31,412 nucleotides of DNA from Candidatus Limnocylindrales bacterium (GTDB lineage Bacteria > Moduliflexota > Moduliflexia > Moduliflexales > JAUQPW01), in NCBI GenBank assembly GCA_035559535.1, contig DATMBG010000022.1:318568-349979 (forward strand), written 5' to 3'. The position numbers were made by a program, and so were the translations under genes. Positions within the stretch are counted from its first letter, which is position 1. Each line of letters starts with the position of its first letter. Below the pieces are notes generated by a model. The model did no database searches, was not told where the DNA came from, and worked only from the letters and a program-made list of their open reading frames with translations. Below are positions 17,320 to 26,227 of this stretch, piece after piece.

Positions 17320-20300
17320 CTATCCTTTAAGGGCCGTTTCAATAATTTGTCTTTGTTCCTCCTGATGAATCTTTAGAGAGCCGGTTGCAGGGCTGGCACT
17401 TTCTGGACGACCCACATAGATGGGTTCTGCATCTCTGAGTTTAGGGAAGAAGGATAAATCTTGCCGGAGTAATTTGCACAGGCGAGGACTTATATAACCC
17501 CAGGCACCCATATTTTGAGGCTCTTCCTGTACCCAGAAAAGCTCTTGCAGATTGGGATACGTTCGTAAGAGTTCTTGAAGCCGGGCTTCAGGGAAAGGAT
17601 AGAGTTGCTCCAGACGTAGCAGAGCCATGTGACGGATTTGACGTTTTTCTCGCTCTTGTAAGAGCTCGTAATAAACTTTACCATTACACAGAATAACCCG
17701 GGTTACCGGCTCTTTAGAATTCAATAGGGTATCATCCAGGATTTCCTGAAAATGACCCTTTATCATCTCCTCAAGGGTTGAAACTGCCCGTGGGTGTCGC
17801 AACAGACTCTTTGGGGTGGCTATAACGAGGGGTTTACAGGTTCCATCATAAACCTGACGACGCAGGAGGTGGAAATACTGGGCCGGGGTTGTACAATTAC
17901 AGACCTGAATATTATCCTTGGCGCAGAGTTGTAAAAATCGTTCAAGTCGAGCAGAAGAATGCTCTGGCCCCTGTCCTTCATAGCCATGGGGAAGTAACAG
18001 GACAATATCACTGGACTGACCCCATTTTTCTTCGGAACTGGCCAGGAATTGATCGATAATGACCTGAGCTCCGTTGGCAAAATCACCAAATTGGGCTTCC
18101 CAAAGCACCAGAGTGGAAGGATCCGCAACGCTATATCCGTATTCAAAACCGAGTACGGCTGCTTCAGAAAGAAGACTATCAAACACATCAAACTTTGCCT
18201 GGGTAGGTTCGAGATGGTTCAAGGGGACATATTCCTGTTCGGTTTCATAGTCATAGAGAATGGCATGGCGCTGGCTAAAAGTACCCCGGGCGCTATCTTC
18301 TCCGCTCAACCTTACGTGGATTCCTTCGGTCAGCAAACTACCAAACGCCAGGGCCTCGGCAAAGGCCCAATCTATAGGAGCCTGAGGATTGGTGAGAATG
18401 GCTCTCCGTTTTTCCAGGAACCCATGAAGTTTGGGATGCAGCTTGAAATCCGAGGGAAGTGTAGTCATTCGCTCTGTAATCAGGATTAATCGATCTTTCT
18501 CGACCCCGGTATCTGAAAGTTCTTTAGGCTTTGGTTTTGCCACGTCTATTAAAGGATTCTTGGATAGACGAGGGGTCGTTGTGGGCTTGAGGGACTTGAC
18601 CACTTCCAGGGCCTGTTCAAAGCGTTTGTGAAAATCTGCCGCCATTTCTTCAGCTTCCTCCGGCTTCAATTCGTTATCTCGAAGTAGCTGTTCGGTATAA
18701 ATCTGCCGGACCGAGGGATGCTCCTGGATTTTTTTATAAAGCACAGGGTGGGTGTAACTGGGTTCATCCACTTCGCTGTGACCGTGGCGACGATAGCAAA
18801 TAAGGTCAATAACTACATCGGTTGCAAACTTTTGCCGATAGGCAAACGCCAACTTTACCACATGGACCGTTGCTTCCGGATCGTCCCCGTTAACATGGAA
18901 TATGGGTACCTGCAACATTTTAGCAATGTCGGTTGCATAGAGCGTAGAACGGGCCTGCTCCGGAGAGGTGGTAAAACCTATTTGATTATTGATGACAATA
19001 TGAACGGTACCCCCCGTACGATATCCTCGAAGCTGAGAGAGGTTAAGCGTTTCAGCCACAATGCCCTGACCGGCAAAGGCAGCATCCCCATGGATTAGGA
19101 CCGGGATGACCTTTTTCCTGTTGGTATCGCCGATCCGCTCCTGTTTAGCCCGGGTCATTCCTTCTACGACCGGATTGACGGCTTCCAGATGACTTGGGTT
19201 TGAGGCCAGCGAAAGGTTGATTTTCTTACCGGTGGGAGTTTCATAGAATCCGGTAGCTCCCAGGTGATACTTGACATCTCCGGAACCTTGAGGTGCGGTC
19301 GGGTCTATATATTCTTCGAACTCCGAAAAGATTTTTTCATAGGATTTACCGATAATATTGGCCAATACATTTAATCGTCCCCGATGGGCCATCCCCATCA
19401 CGACTTCCACCACTCCCTGTTCCGCGGCTTCGTCTAATAAGGCATCGAGCATAGGAATCAGGGTCTCAGCCCCTTCCAGGGAAAAGCGCTTATAACCCAC
19501 ATATCGGGCATGGAGGAATTTCTCAAAGGCCTCGGCGGCATTCAATCTTAAGAGGATTCGGCGCTTGGCTTCACGGGAGAGCTGGGTTTTATTACGGCAA
19601 CTCTCCATCCGCTCCTGAAGCCACAGCTTTTGCTCCGGGTTTTGGATATTTCTATACTCCACACCGATTTTCCCACAGTAAGTTTCCCGCAAGGTATCCA
19701 AAATATCCCGCAGGGTAGCAACCGACTGGCCTCCCAATCCTCCCGTAATAAACTTTCGATCAAGATCCCAAATGGTCAATCCATACTGAGCCGGATCCAA
19801 CTCGGGATGATAGTGAGGCTCATAACCTAAAGGATTGAGATCTGCAAGTAAATGCCCTCGGACTCGATAAGCATTGATAAGCTGTAACACCCGGGCCTGT
19901 TTTTCTATAGCTTCAAGGTTACGGGTTAAATCCAGGAGCTCTTTATTCTCATCACGTTCCCAGTGGACAGGTTCATGGGGTAGCTTAAGATCCGTAAAGA
20001 TTTGTTCATAGAAGCCATCTTCTCCCTGGAGCAATTGATGAATTCGAGCCAGATAGGAACCCGATTCGGCCCCTTGAATGATCCGGTGATCATAGGTGCT
20101 GGTAAGGGTCATGACTTTACTGACCCCCAACTGAGAGAGGGTCTCCTCGGACATCCCTTGATACTCCGCCGGATAATCAATCGCACCCGTTGCGATAATG
20201 GCTCCCTGTCCTGGCATAAGCCTTGGGACCGAAGCTACCGTACCTATCATTCCAGGATTGGTTAAACTAATGGTCGTGTCCTGAAAATCCTGGAGTGTCA

Positions 20301-20988
20301 ACTTACCCGAGCGAGCCCGCTGAACCACATCGTTATACGCCTTCAGAAACTCAAGGAAGTTCATTTTATGAGCGTTCTTGATATTAGGTACCAGTAAAAC
20401 CCTGGAGCCATCTTTTTGCTCAACATCTATTGCCAGCCCCAGATTGACCTCGGTCCTCTGAACCCTATGGGGTTCTCCGTTTAAGACCATAAAGGCCGAG
20501 TTCATATTGGGATAATCCTTCAGGGCTTTAACCATCGCCCAGGCAATAATATGGGTATAAGAAGCCTTCCCCTGTCCCATCAAACTCAGGTGCTGATTGA
20601 TGATCCGCCTATTTTCTTCCAGTACTTTAACCGGTATCACACGAACAGACGTAGCCGTCGGCAAGGTTAAACTGGCCTCCATATTCTCTGCAATCTTGGC
20701 CATAACTCCCCGAAGGGCCTTGATTTCTCCCGTAGGCAACGAACGATAAGCCGTGGATAGTTCCTCTTTTTCCGGCTTCCGGCTTCTAACCTCCGGTCTT
20801 TTGTCCTCTCCAGGGGCTCCTCCATTACCTGCCTGAAAATCCCGTTCATAACCCGCAAAAAACCGCCGCCAGCTCTCACTTACCGCTGAAGGGTCCTTCA
20901 GGTACTGCTCATAAAGATCCTGGACAAAGTCGGAGTTAAATCCAAACTGCATTATTTTCAAGTCTTTATCCGACATTTTCTCTTTCAT
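17320..20988 (-). CDS. kgd: Multifunctional 2-oxoglutarate dehydrogenase Kgd/OdhA (E2o succinyltransferase fused to E1o)
   Basis: 1222 aa. FGFNSDFV..LYEQYLKDPSAVSESW N-terminal helix; E2-like domain with TSTYDHRIIQGAESG; E1o motifs YRVRGH, GMAHRGRLN, ThDP motif HGDAAFAGQG..NN, WEAQFGDFANGAQ and GQGPEHSSAR; SD AGGAGGT. Confidence 0.95.
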   Translation of the reverse strand: MKEKMSDKDLKIMQFGFNSDFVQDLYEQYLKDPSAVSESWRRFFAGYERDFQAGNGGAPGEDKRPEVRSRKPEKEELSTAYRSLPTGEIKALRGVMAKIAENMEASLTLPTATSVRVIPVKVLEENRRIINQHLSLMGQGKASYTHIIAWAMVKALKDYPNMNSAFMVLNGEPHRVQRTEVNLGLAIDVEQKDGSRVLLVPNIKNAHKMNFLEFLKAYNDVVQRARSGKLTLQDFQDTTISLTNPGMIGTVASVPRLMPGQGAIIATGAIDYPAEYQGMSEETLSQLGVSKVMTLTSTYDHRIIQGAESGSYLARIHQLLQGEDGFYEQIFTDLKLPHEPVHWERDENKELLDLTRNLEAIEKQARVLQLINAYRVRGHLLADLNPLGYEPHYHPELDPAQYGLTIWDLDRKFITGGLGGQSVATLRDILDTLRETYCGKIGVEYRNIQNPEQKLWLQERMESCRNKTQLSREAKRRILLRLNAAEAFEKFLHARYVGYKRFSLEGAETLIPMLDALLDEAAEQGVVEVVMGMAHRGRLNVLANIIGKSYEKIFSEFEEYIDPTAPQGSGDVKYHLGATGFYETPTGKKINLSLASNPSHLEAVNPVVEGMTRAKQERIGDTNRKKVIPVLIHGDAAFAGQGIVAETLNLSQLRGYRTGGTVHIVINNQIGFTTSPEQARSTLYATDIAKMLQVPIFHVNGDDPEATVHVVKLAFAYRQKFATDVVIDLICYRRHGHSEVDEPSYTHPVLYKKIQEHPSVRQIYTEQLLRDNELKPEEAEEMAADFHKRFEQALEVVKSLKPTTTPRLSKNPLIDVAKPKPKELSDTGVEKDRLILITERMTTLPSDFKLHPKLHGFLEKRRAILTNPQAPIDWAFAEALAFGSLLTEGIHVRLSGEDSARGTFSQRHAILYDYETEQEYVPLNHLEPTQAKFDVFDSLLSEAAVLGFEYGYSVADPSTLVLWEAQFGDFANGAQVIIDQFLASSEEKWGQSSDIVLLLPHGYEGQGPEHSSARLERFLQLCAKDNIQVCNCTTPAQYFHLLRRQVYDGTCKPLVIATPKSLLRHPRAVSTLEEMIKGHFQEILDDTLLNSKEPVTRVILCNGKVYYELLQEREKRQIRHMALLRLEQLYPFPEARLQELLRTYPNLQELFWVQEEPQNMGAWGYISPRLCKLLRQDLSFFPKLRDAEPIYVGRPESASPATGSLKIHQEEQRQIIETALKG

Positions 20989-21436
20989 ACCTCCTGATTA
21001 TTAATTTAAGGTTAAACAATCCCCTAAGGCCAGAGTAAATCTCGGATTTCTTTCGTAGTCAATCAGACTCCAAGTGAGTACTCCTTAATCCCCTCAGAGT
21101 AATCTTTCCATGAAGAAAAAGAATAAACCTTTTGCTCCCATGGGGGGGGGTGACTCTCTGCTGGAGCTGTAAAGGATACCCGGAGAAACACCCCTCGTCT
21201 TTCCTATCTAACGATTTTTCCCTAATCCTTTAACCGACCTTTTATACTATTTTTTATCTTTTATTTTCACCTTATGTTCCCTTGAAAATAGGAGGTTAAC
21301 ATAAAAACAATCATCCGGTTGAAGGAGCACCTGTTCGTCAGGCGCAGAAAGATCAGCAAAATATTTCAACCGACCGCCAGGGGTAAGGGTTAGGGTTGAT
21401 CAACCCCTTGATTTCAAGGCCACACATCTTTGAACT

Positions 21437-22852
21437 TCATGAGGAAGCAGTCTTCCACAGATTTCCTGCCAGACAGAGAACGGCTAACCATCCGATGATC
21501 CCTGAAAAGGCAAAGGCAGTTTTAGCGACCCACACACTTGCGGGAACTGCTTCAAATAGAGCTGAAGGGAGAAGCAAAGGAAATATACGGCAGATGGTGG
21601 CTACAGTGCCCAACCAGAAGGTCAAATCTACCAGTTGTGTGCTGGCTACTCGCTTCTTCTTAATAAAGCCCGGAATCATACGTACGGACATACCGAAAAT
21701 CAAGTGGGTAATGAAGCCTAACAAATACAGATGTCGTATCACATCATTCCCGATACTAACCGGGCGTCCCCACAGGGTAGCAATCCCCAGAAGGATTTCA
21801 AAGAAGGCCCCCACGACAAGCCATACATAAGCGGCATAGACCGGTCTCTCAAATCGACCAAATTCCCCGTAATCCGGCATACCCGGTCGGGTGGGTCGGC
21901 GGTCTGGGGCTGGTTGTAAAGCCCGTTGACCTGTCCAGGGTTCCCGAAAGCGGGTGAGAATATCCAGCTTCCAAACAAACCAGAAGATAATCCCTCCCTT
22001 TAGGAGCATCCCTACCTGGGATAGGTAGAAAGACGCCCGGGGTATCAGATCTGAAAGGGGAGGAAAAGCAGGAACAGTTTGTAAGCAAAAGGCAAAAAGG
22101 TAGGCATAAGCGACCCTACAAACAGGCCAATCGATAGGAGCAAGGCGGAAATAAAGCGGAAACGTACGAATCGAAAAGGCAAAGGCGACCGGAAGAAGAA
22201 CCAGACTAACAAATACCTGGATGGAAAATTCGTTCCAGGCCGGATTTATCATACTCCCTTTGCTCAAAACCATCTGGATAAGCAAAATAAGGTTGAGGCT
22301 GGCATAAAAAAGCCAGCCAACCAGCATCATACCAAAGTAGGGTTTTACCGATGTCAAGGCCGGACGTTGGTCCACCCCCTTTACCCCGTAAAGGGTTTTA
22401 CTTAACAAAAATAAATAGGCAAAAATACCCGACCCTTCTAACAATCCTGAGCCGACAACCATTCCGCCGAAAAGAACAAACAACGTGCTTCCGGTTACAT
22501 AAGGTAAAATTACATGGCCGATGCTCCGAAGCAAAAGCCCACCTCCCATCAGCCAAAGGATGCGGTGGATCCACCGGGGTTGAGAAATGGGGACTCCGGC
22601 CAGCCGGGGAATAAAATGGAGGCTAATTCCAAGGATAAATAACCCGGCCCAGCCAACCAACTGGAGATGGCCGTGGGTTTGAATAAAACTGTGATAGCCT
22701 TTTCCCAGTGGAAAGTCATAACCAATGACAAAAGTTAAATGGGCACCGATGTCAAACCCTGCAAATAAAGCAGCAGACAGCGCCACCCAGATATAGCCTA
22801 TTTGAAACTCTGCCTGTTTACTTCTCGATTCAGGAATAGACTCGTTTAACAC
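21437..22852 (-). CDS. NnrS-like polytopic membrane protein
   Basis: Many TM segments with the His motifs HGHLQLVGWAGLFILG..IPRL and HLYLLGFITHLIFGMSVRMIP; GTG start. Confidence 0.65.
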   Translation of the reverse strand: MLNESIPESRSKQAEFQIGYIWVALSAALFAGFDIGAHLTFVIGYDFPLGKGYHSFIQTHGHLQLVGWAGLFILGISLHFIPRLAGVPISQPRWIHRILWLMGGGLLLRSIGHVILPYVTGSTLFVLFGGMVVGSGLLEGSGIFAYLFLLSKTLYGVKGVDQRPALTSVKPYFGMMLVGWLFYASLNLILLIQMVLSKGSMINPAWNEFSIQVFVSLVLLPVAFAFSIRTFPLYFRLAPIDWPVCRVAYAYLFAFCLQTVPAFPPLSDLIPRASFYLSQVGMLLKGGIIFWFVWKLDILTRFREPWTGQRALQPAPDRRPTRPGMPDYGEFGRFERPVYAAYVWLVVGAFFEILLGIATLWGRPVSIGNDVIRHLYLLGFITHLIFGMSVRMIPGFIKKKRVASTQLVDLTFWLGTVATICRIFPLLLPSALFEAVPASVWVAKTAFAFSGIIGWLAVLCLAGNLWKTASS

Positions 22853-23080
22853 TGTCCCTGAAAGGAATAAAAAATAACTGAGATCATCCGAGAACCCAAA
22901 ATCGATTTAAATATAAACCGACTATTTGTTGCATCAAGGAAAAATTTGAACTTTTCAACAGGCCTGGAGAATCCAGTCCCATGGTCGGATATCCGACCGA
23001 ATTAAGAAGGTTAAAAGGGGAATCCTTTCAAAATTTTGAATCTTCTCTTGACGGCGAAGGAGATCGGCTTTCTCTTATAA

Positions 23081-23096
23081 GTGAAAGCAGATTCAC
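23081..23096. promoter_or_regulatory. Putative TetR operator 1 (GTGAA-N6-TTCAC)
   Basis: GTGAAAGCAGATTCAC just upstream of the tetR SD. Confidence 0.65.
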
Positions 23097-23110
23097 AAAA
23101 AGGAGAAGAT

Positions 23111-23710
23111 GTGGGTATAGAAAAACTGAGGACAGAAATCAGGAGAGAGCAAATCGTTCAGGCGGCCCTGAACCTGATTGCCAGCCATGGCATGAGGAAG
23201 TTAAGCATAGCCGGGGTAGCTCGCCGGGTTGGTCTGGTTCCCTCTGCCATTTACCGCCACTTTAAGAATAAGGACGAGGTATTGGATGCGACTCTGGAAT
23301 TTATCCGAAATAGACTCCTGGACAACGTCAAGGAGGTCTTTGAAGAAACTCCAGACCCGCTGGAGCGTCTCAGGCGATTGTTGATGCGCCATGTCAGACT
23401 GATCCGAGAGAACCAGGCCATCCCGCTGGTTATCTTTTCTGAAGAGGTCTACCACGGTTCCCCGGAGAGAAAAGCCAGAGTTCGTGGAATTATGCAGGGG
23501 TATCTGGATAGGGTGGGGGACATTGTTCGCCAGGGCCAGCGGGAAGGGCGTATACGTTCCGAGATCGATCCGAAAACAATCTCTCTGATGTTTATAGGTC
23601 TGTTCCAACCGGCGGCGATCTTCTGGCATATAAGTGATGGAGGGTTCGATGTAACAAAGCATACTGAGAAAGCCTGGAAGGTTTTCAGTAAAGCGATTCA
23701 GAGAGGTTAA
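23111..23710 (+). CDS. TetR/AcrR family transcriptional regulator
   Basis: RREQIVQAA..SIAGVARRVGLVPSAIYRHFKNKDEVL HTH; start moved to GTG 23111 after SD AGGAG. Confidence 0.95.
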   Translation: MGIEKLRTEIRREQIVQAALNLIASHGMRKLSIAGVARRVGLVPSAIYRHFKNKDEVLDATLEFIRNRLLDNVKEVFEETPDPLERLRRLLMRHVRLIRENQAIPLVIFSEEVYHGSPERKARVRGIMQGYLDRVGDIVRQGQREGRIRSEIDPKTISLMFIGLFQPAAIFWHISDGGFDVTKHTEKAWKVFSKAIQRG

Positions 23711-23724
23711 TTTTTGTAATTTCT

Positions 23725-23740
23725 GTGAATTCCTATTCAC
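23725..23740. promoter_or_regulatory. Putative TetR operator 2 (GTGAA-N6-TTCAC)
   Basis: tGTGAATTCCTATTCACa between tetR and the membrane fusion protein gene. Confidence 0.65.
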
Positions 23741-23849
23741 ATAAAATGGAATAGGAAAGATTACTACTCCCTTTTTTTAATGAAACCCTTCAGGCAGAAC
23801 AATTTTTTAGTTCTGGATACCAGTCGGTATTTGCAGAGGAGGGGCAGCC

Positions 23850-25025
23850 ATGAAGAATAAGAAAAAGCTGATCATCTTGTTCTCCATCCTGATAATCGCC
23901 GTCCTGCTGATCTACGAGTATATCCAGGGTAGATCCGGCAAGGAGCCGAACATCCTTCGGGTTTCCGGTAATATTGAAATTACAGACGCTGAAATAAGTT
24001 TCAAAATTGCAGGCCGGGTGGAAGAGCGTCTGGTCTCAGAAGGTGAGAGGGTCCAGGCGGGTCAGGTCGTGGCCCGATTAGATCATACGGAGCTGGTTCA
24101 TCAGGTTGCTCTGCGTAAAGCAGAAGTTGAAGTAGCCCGTGCAGCCCTTGCCGAACTCGAAGCAGGACCTCGACCGGAAGAAATTGCTCAGGCCGAGGCT
24201 GTGGTCCGGAAGGCACAGGCACAACTCGACGAACTGCTGGCCGGATCAAGGCCCCAGGATATAGCCGTTGCAGAGGCAGCGGTACAACGGGCGAAGGTTG
24301 AAGTAAACCGTTTAAAAGCAGACTATGAGCGGCGTTATAAACTCTACCAGGAGGGAATCCTATCCACCAACGAATATGAAGCGGCACAAACGGCTTATAA
24401 AGTAGCTACTGCCCAGCTAAAAGAAGCAGAAGAGCGTTTGAAACTCCTCAAAGAGGGTCCCCGAAAAGAGCAAATCGAACAAGCCCGTGCAGCGTTGATG
24501 CAGGCCAAAGAGACGCTTACTCTGGTCAAAAAAGGTCCTCGTAAAGAGACCATCGATCAAGCCCGTGCCCGCCTGGACCAGGCTAACCAGGCCCTGGCAA
24601 TGGCAGAAACCCAGTTAGACTATGCAACCCTGGTCTCACCGATCTCCGGGGTTGTGCTGTCTAAGAACGTCGAGCCGGGAGAATATGTTGCTCCCGGAAC
24701 ACCGGTTGTTACCCTTGGTAATCTGGATAATGTGTGGTTACGGGCCTATATCAACGAAACCGACCTGGGTCGCGTGAAAGTAGGCCAACGGGTGCAGGTG
24801 ACCACCGATACCTATCCAGGTAAAGTATATGAAGGACACATTTCCTTCATTGCTTCGCAGGCAGAGTTTACACCCAAGAATGTGCAGACCGAGAAGGAGC
24901 GCGTGAAGCTTGTTTATCGCATTAAAATCCATATCCCCAATCCCAATATGGAGCTGAAACCTGGAATGCCCGCCGACGCAGATATTCTGATCTCCAGTAC
25001 TGACAGGGAGGAGGTTTTAAAATGA
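23850..25025 (+). CDS. HlyD-family membrane fusion protein (YbhG-like)
   Basis: N-terminal TM, SGNIE, lipoyl-like halves, long coiled coil with GPRxEEIxQA repeats, AEFTPKNVQT and LKPGMPAD. Confidence 0.93.
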   Translation: MKNKKKLIILFSILIIAVLLIYEYIQGRSGKEPNILRVSGNIEITDAEISFKIAGRVEERLVSEGERVQAGQVVARLDHTELVHQVALRKAEVEVARAALAELEAGPRPEEIAQAEAVVRKAQAQLDELLAGSRPQDIAVAEAAVQRAKVEVNRLKADYERRYKLYQEGILSTNEYEAAQTAYKVATAQLKEAEERLKLLKEGPRKEQIEQARAALMQAKETLTLVKKGPRKETIDQARARLDQANQALAMAETQLDYATLVSPISGVVLSKNVEPGEYVAPGTPVVTLGNLDNVWLRAYINETDLGRVKVGQRVQVTTDTYPGKVYEGHISFIASQAEFTPKNVQTEKERVKLVYRIKIHIPNPNMELKPGMPADADILISSTDREEVLK

Positions 25026-25171
25026 GGAAACCTGAACTACGTCAAGATGCAGCAGCTAAAGAATGGGTTATGAGGGTCGTAAGCCATGCCAGGCGGTTAT
25101 CTGTGTTTGCAGTAAGGACGCCGACATGCCCAAGCCGATGGATATTGGAGGTATATCATGGAAGCTATTAA
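25022..25171 (+). CDS. 49-aa ORF, possible gene remnant (N-terminus resembles GalT-family N-termini)
   Basis: SD AGGAGG, ATGA overlap with the upstream stop, reads MRKPELRQDAAAKEWVMR.., and its end overlaps the next start. Confidence 0.3.
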   Translation: MRKPELRQDAAAKEWVMRVVSHARRLSVFAVRTPTCPSRWILEVYHGSY

Positions 25172-26081
25172 GATCAGCCGTCTTACAAAGACCTTTGGGG
25201 ACCTACGAGCGGTTGATGACCTTACTCTTGGTGTATCTCAAGGAGAAATCTTCGGACTTGTGGGCCCGGACGGGGCCGGGAAGACCACTACCCTGCGACT
25301 CCTCACGGCGATTCTGAGTCCTACTTCGGGAGATGCCTGGATAATGGGCAAACATATCGTTCGGGAAGCAGAAGCTCTTAAGGAAGAGATCGGTTACCTG
25401 AGCCAGCGCTTTGGACTCTACCCGGACCTGACGGTAATGGAAAATATCCATTTCTATGCAGATATCTATGGTGTACCACGCAGGAGTCGAGACTCAAAGA
25501 TTGATAGGTTACTCTCTTTCAGTAATTTAACCCCTTTCAAAAACCGTCTGGCAGGAAATTTATCCGGTGGAATGAAGCAAAAGCTTGGCCTGATTTGTGC
25601 GCTGATCCATACCCCAAAGGTACTCTTCCTGGATGAGCCGACCAACGGGGTGGATCCCCTTTCACGCCGGGACTTCTGGCGCATCCTGTATCAACTACTT
25701 CGTGAGAAAGTTACCATCTTTATTTCCACCGCTTATCTCGATGAAGCCGAGCGCTGCAATCGGGTGGGTCTCATCCATAAAGGCAGGCTTCTTGCCTGTG
25801 GAACCCCCCTGGAGGTGAAGAAGTTGATGCAGGGAACCATCCTGGAGGTTCGCCCCTCAGAGCCCCACAAAGCTACAACTCTCCTGCGCCAACGGTTTGG
25901 AGCCGACCTGGTAAGCCTGTTCGGTGATCGTGTTCACGTTATAACTCAGGAGCCAGACCGGACCCTGGTTCAGGTGGAAGGAATCCTCACCGAGGCTGGT
26001 CTTAAAGTCCTGGACACGCAATCTACCGAACCGACGCTTGAGGATGTGTTTATCTCGGTTCTTGCCAGGGATAAAGGGTGA
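25158..26081 (+). CDS. ABC transporter ATP-binding protein (YbhF N-half-like)
   Basis: GPDGAGKTT, LSGGMKQK, FLDEPT and C-terminal PTLEDVF; Y at the H-loop position (STAY). Confidence 0.95.
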   Translation: MEAIKISRLTKTFGDLRAVDDLTLGVSQGEIFGLVGPDGAGKTTTLRLLTAILSPTSGDAWIMGKHIVREAEALKEEIGYLSQRFGLYPDLTVMENIHFYADIYGVPRRSRDSKIDRLLSFSNLTPFKNRLAGNLSGGMKQKLGLICALIHTPKVLFLDEPTNGVDPLSRRDFWRILYQLLREKVTIFISTAYLDEAERCNRVGLIHKGRLLACGTPLEVKKLMQGTILEVRPSEPHKATTLLRQRFGADLVSLFGDRVHVITQEPDRTLVQVEGILTEAGLKVLDTQSTEPTLEDVFISVLARDKG

Positions 26082-26092
26082 AGGGGAAGGGG

Positions 26093-26208
26093 GAAGTGTG
26101 GGGGGTATGGAGGTAGGAGAGTATGGAGGTTTGGGTAAGTTGCCTCCACTCCTCCACTTCCCCACTTCCCCGCTTCCCCACTCCCATACTTCCATACCCC
26201 CACACTTC
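26093..26208. repeat. Octamer tandem/inverted repeat hairpin between the two ABC ATPase genes
   Basis: GAAGTGTGGGGGGTATGGAGGTAGGAGAGTATGG followed by CTCCACTC-CTCCACTT-CCCCACTT-CCCCGCTT-CCCCACTC-CCATACTT-CCATACCC-CCACACTT-C; the outer arms are complementary. Confidence 0.85.
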
Positions 26209-26227
26209 AATAACAGAAAAGAGGACC

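Noticed and set aside
21380-21397. Telomere-like GGGTAA-GGGTTA-GGGTT run
   Set aside because: Only three units, too short to separate from chance or to form a G-quadruplex.
22924-22937. FNR/DNR box upstream of the NnrS-like gene
   Set aside because: Only the ATCAA half-site is present, and it fits a -35 element (TTGATG) equally well.
11778-26208. Repeat arrays as CRISPR
   Set aside because: Units are 7-8 nt, tandem and without unique spacers, and no cas genes are present in the window.
26123-26227. 35-aa N-terminal extension of the fused ABC protein, and the overlapping short ORFs
   Set aside because: It is translated octamer repeat; ATG 26228 has an SD and starts the ATPase domain.
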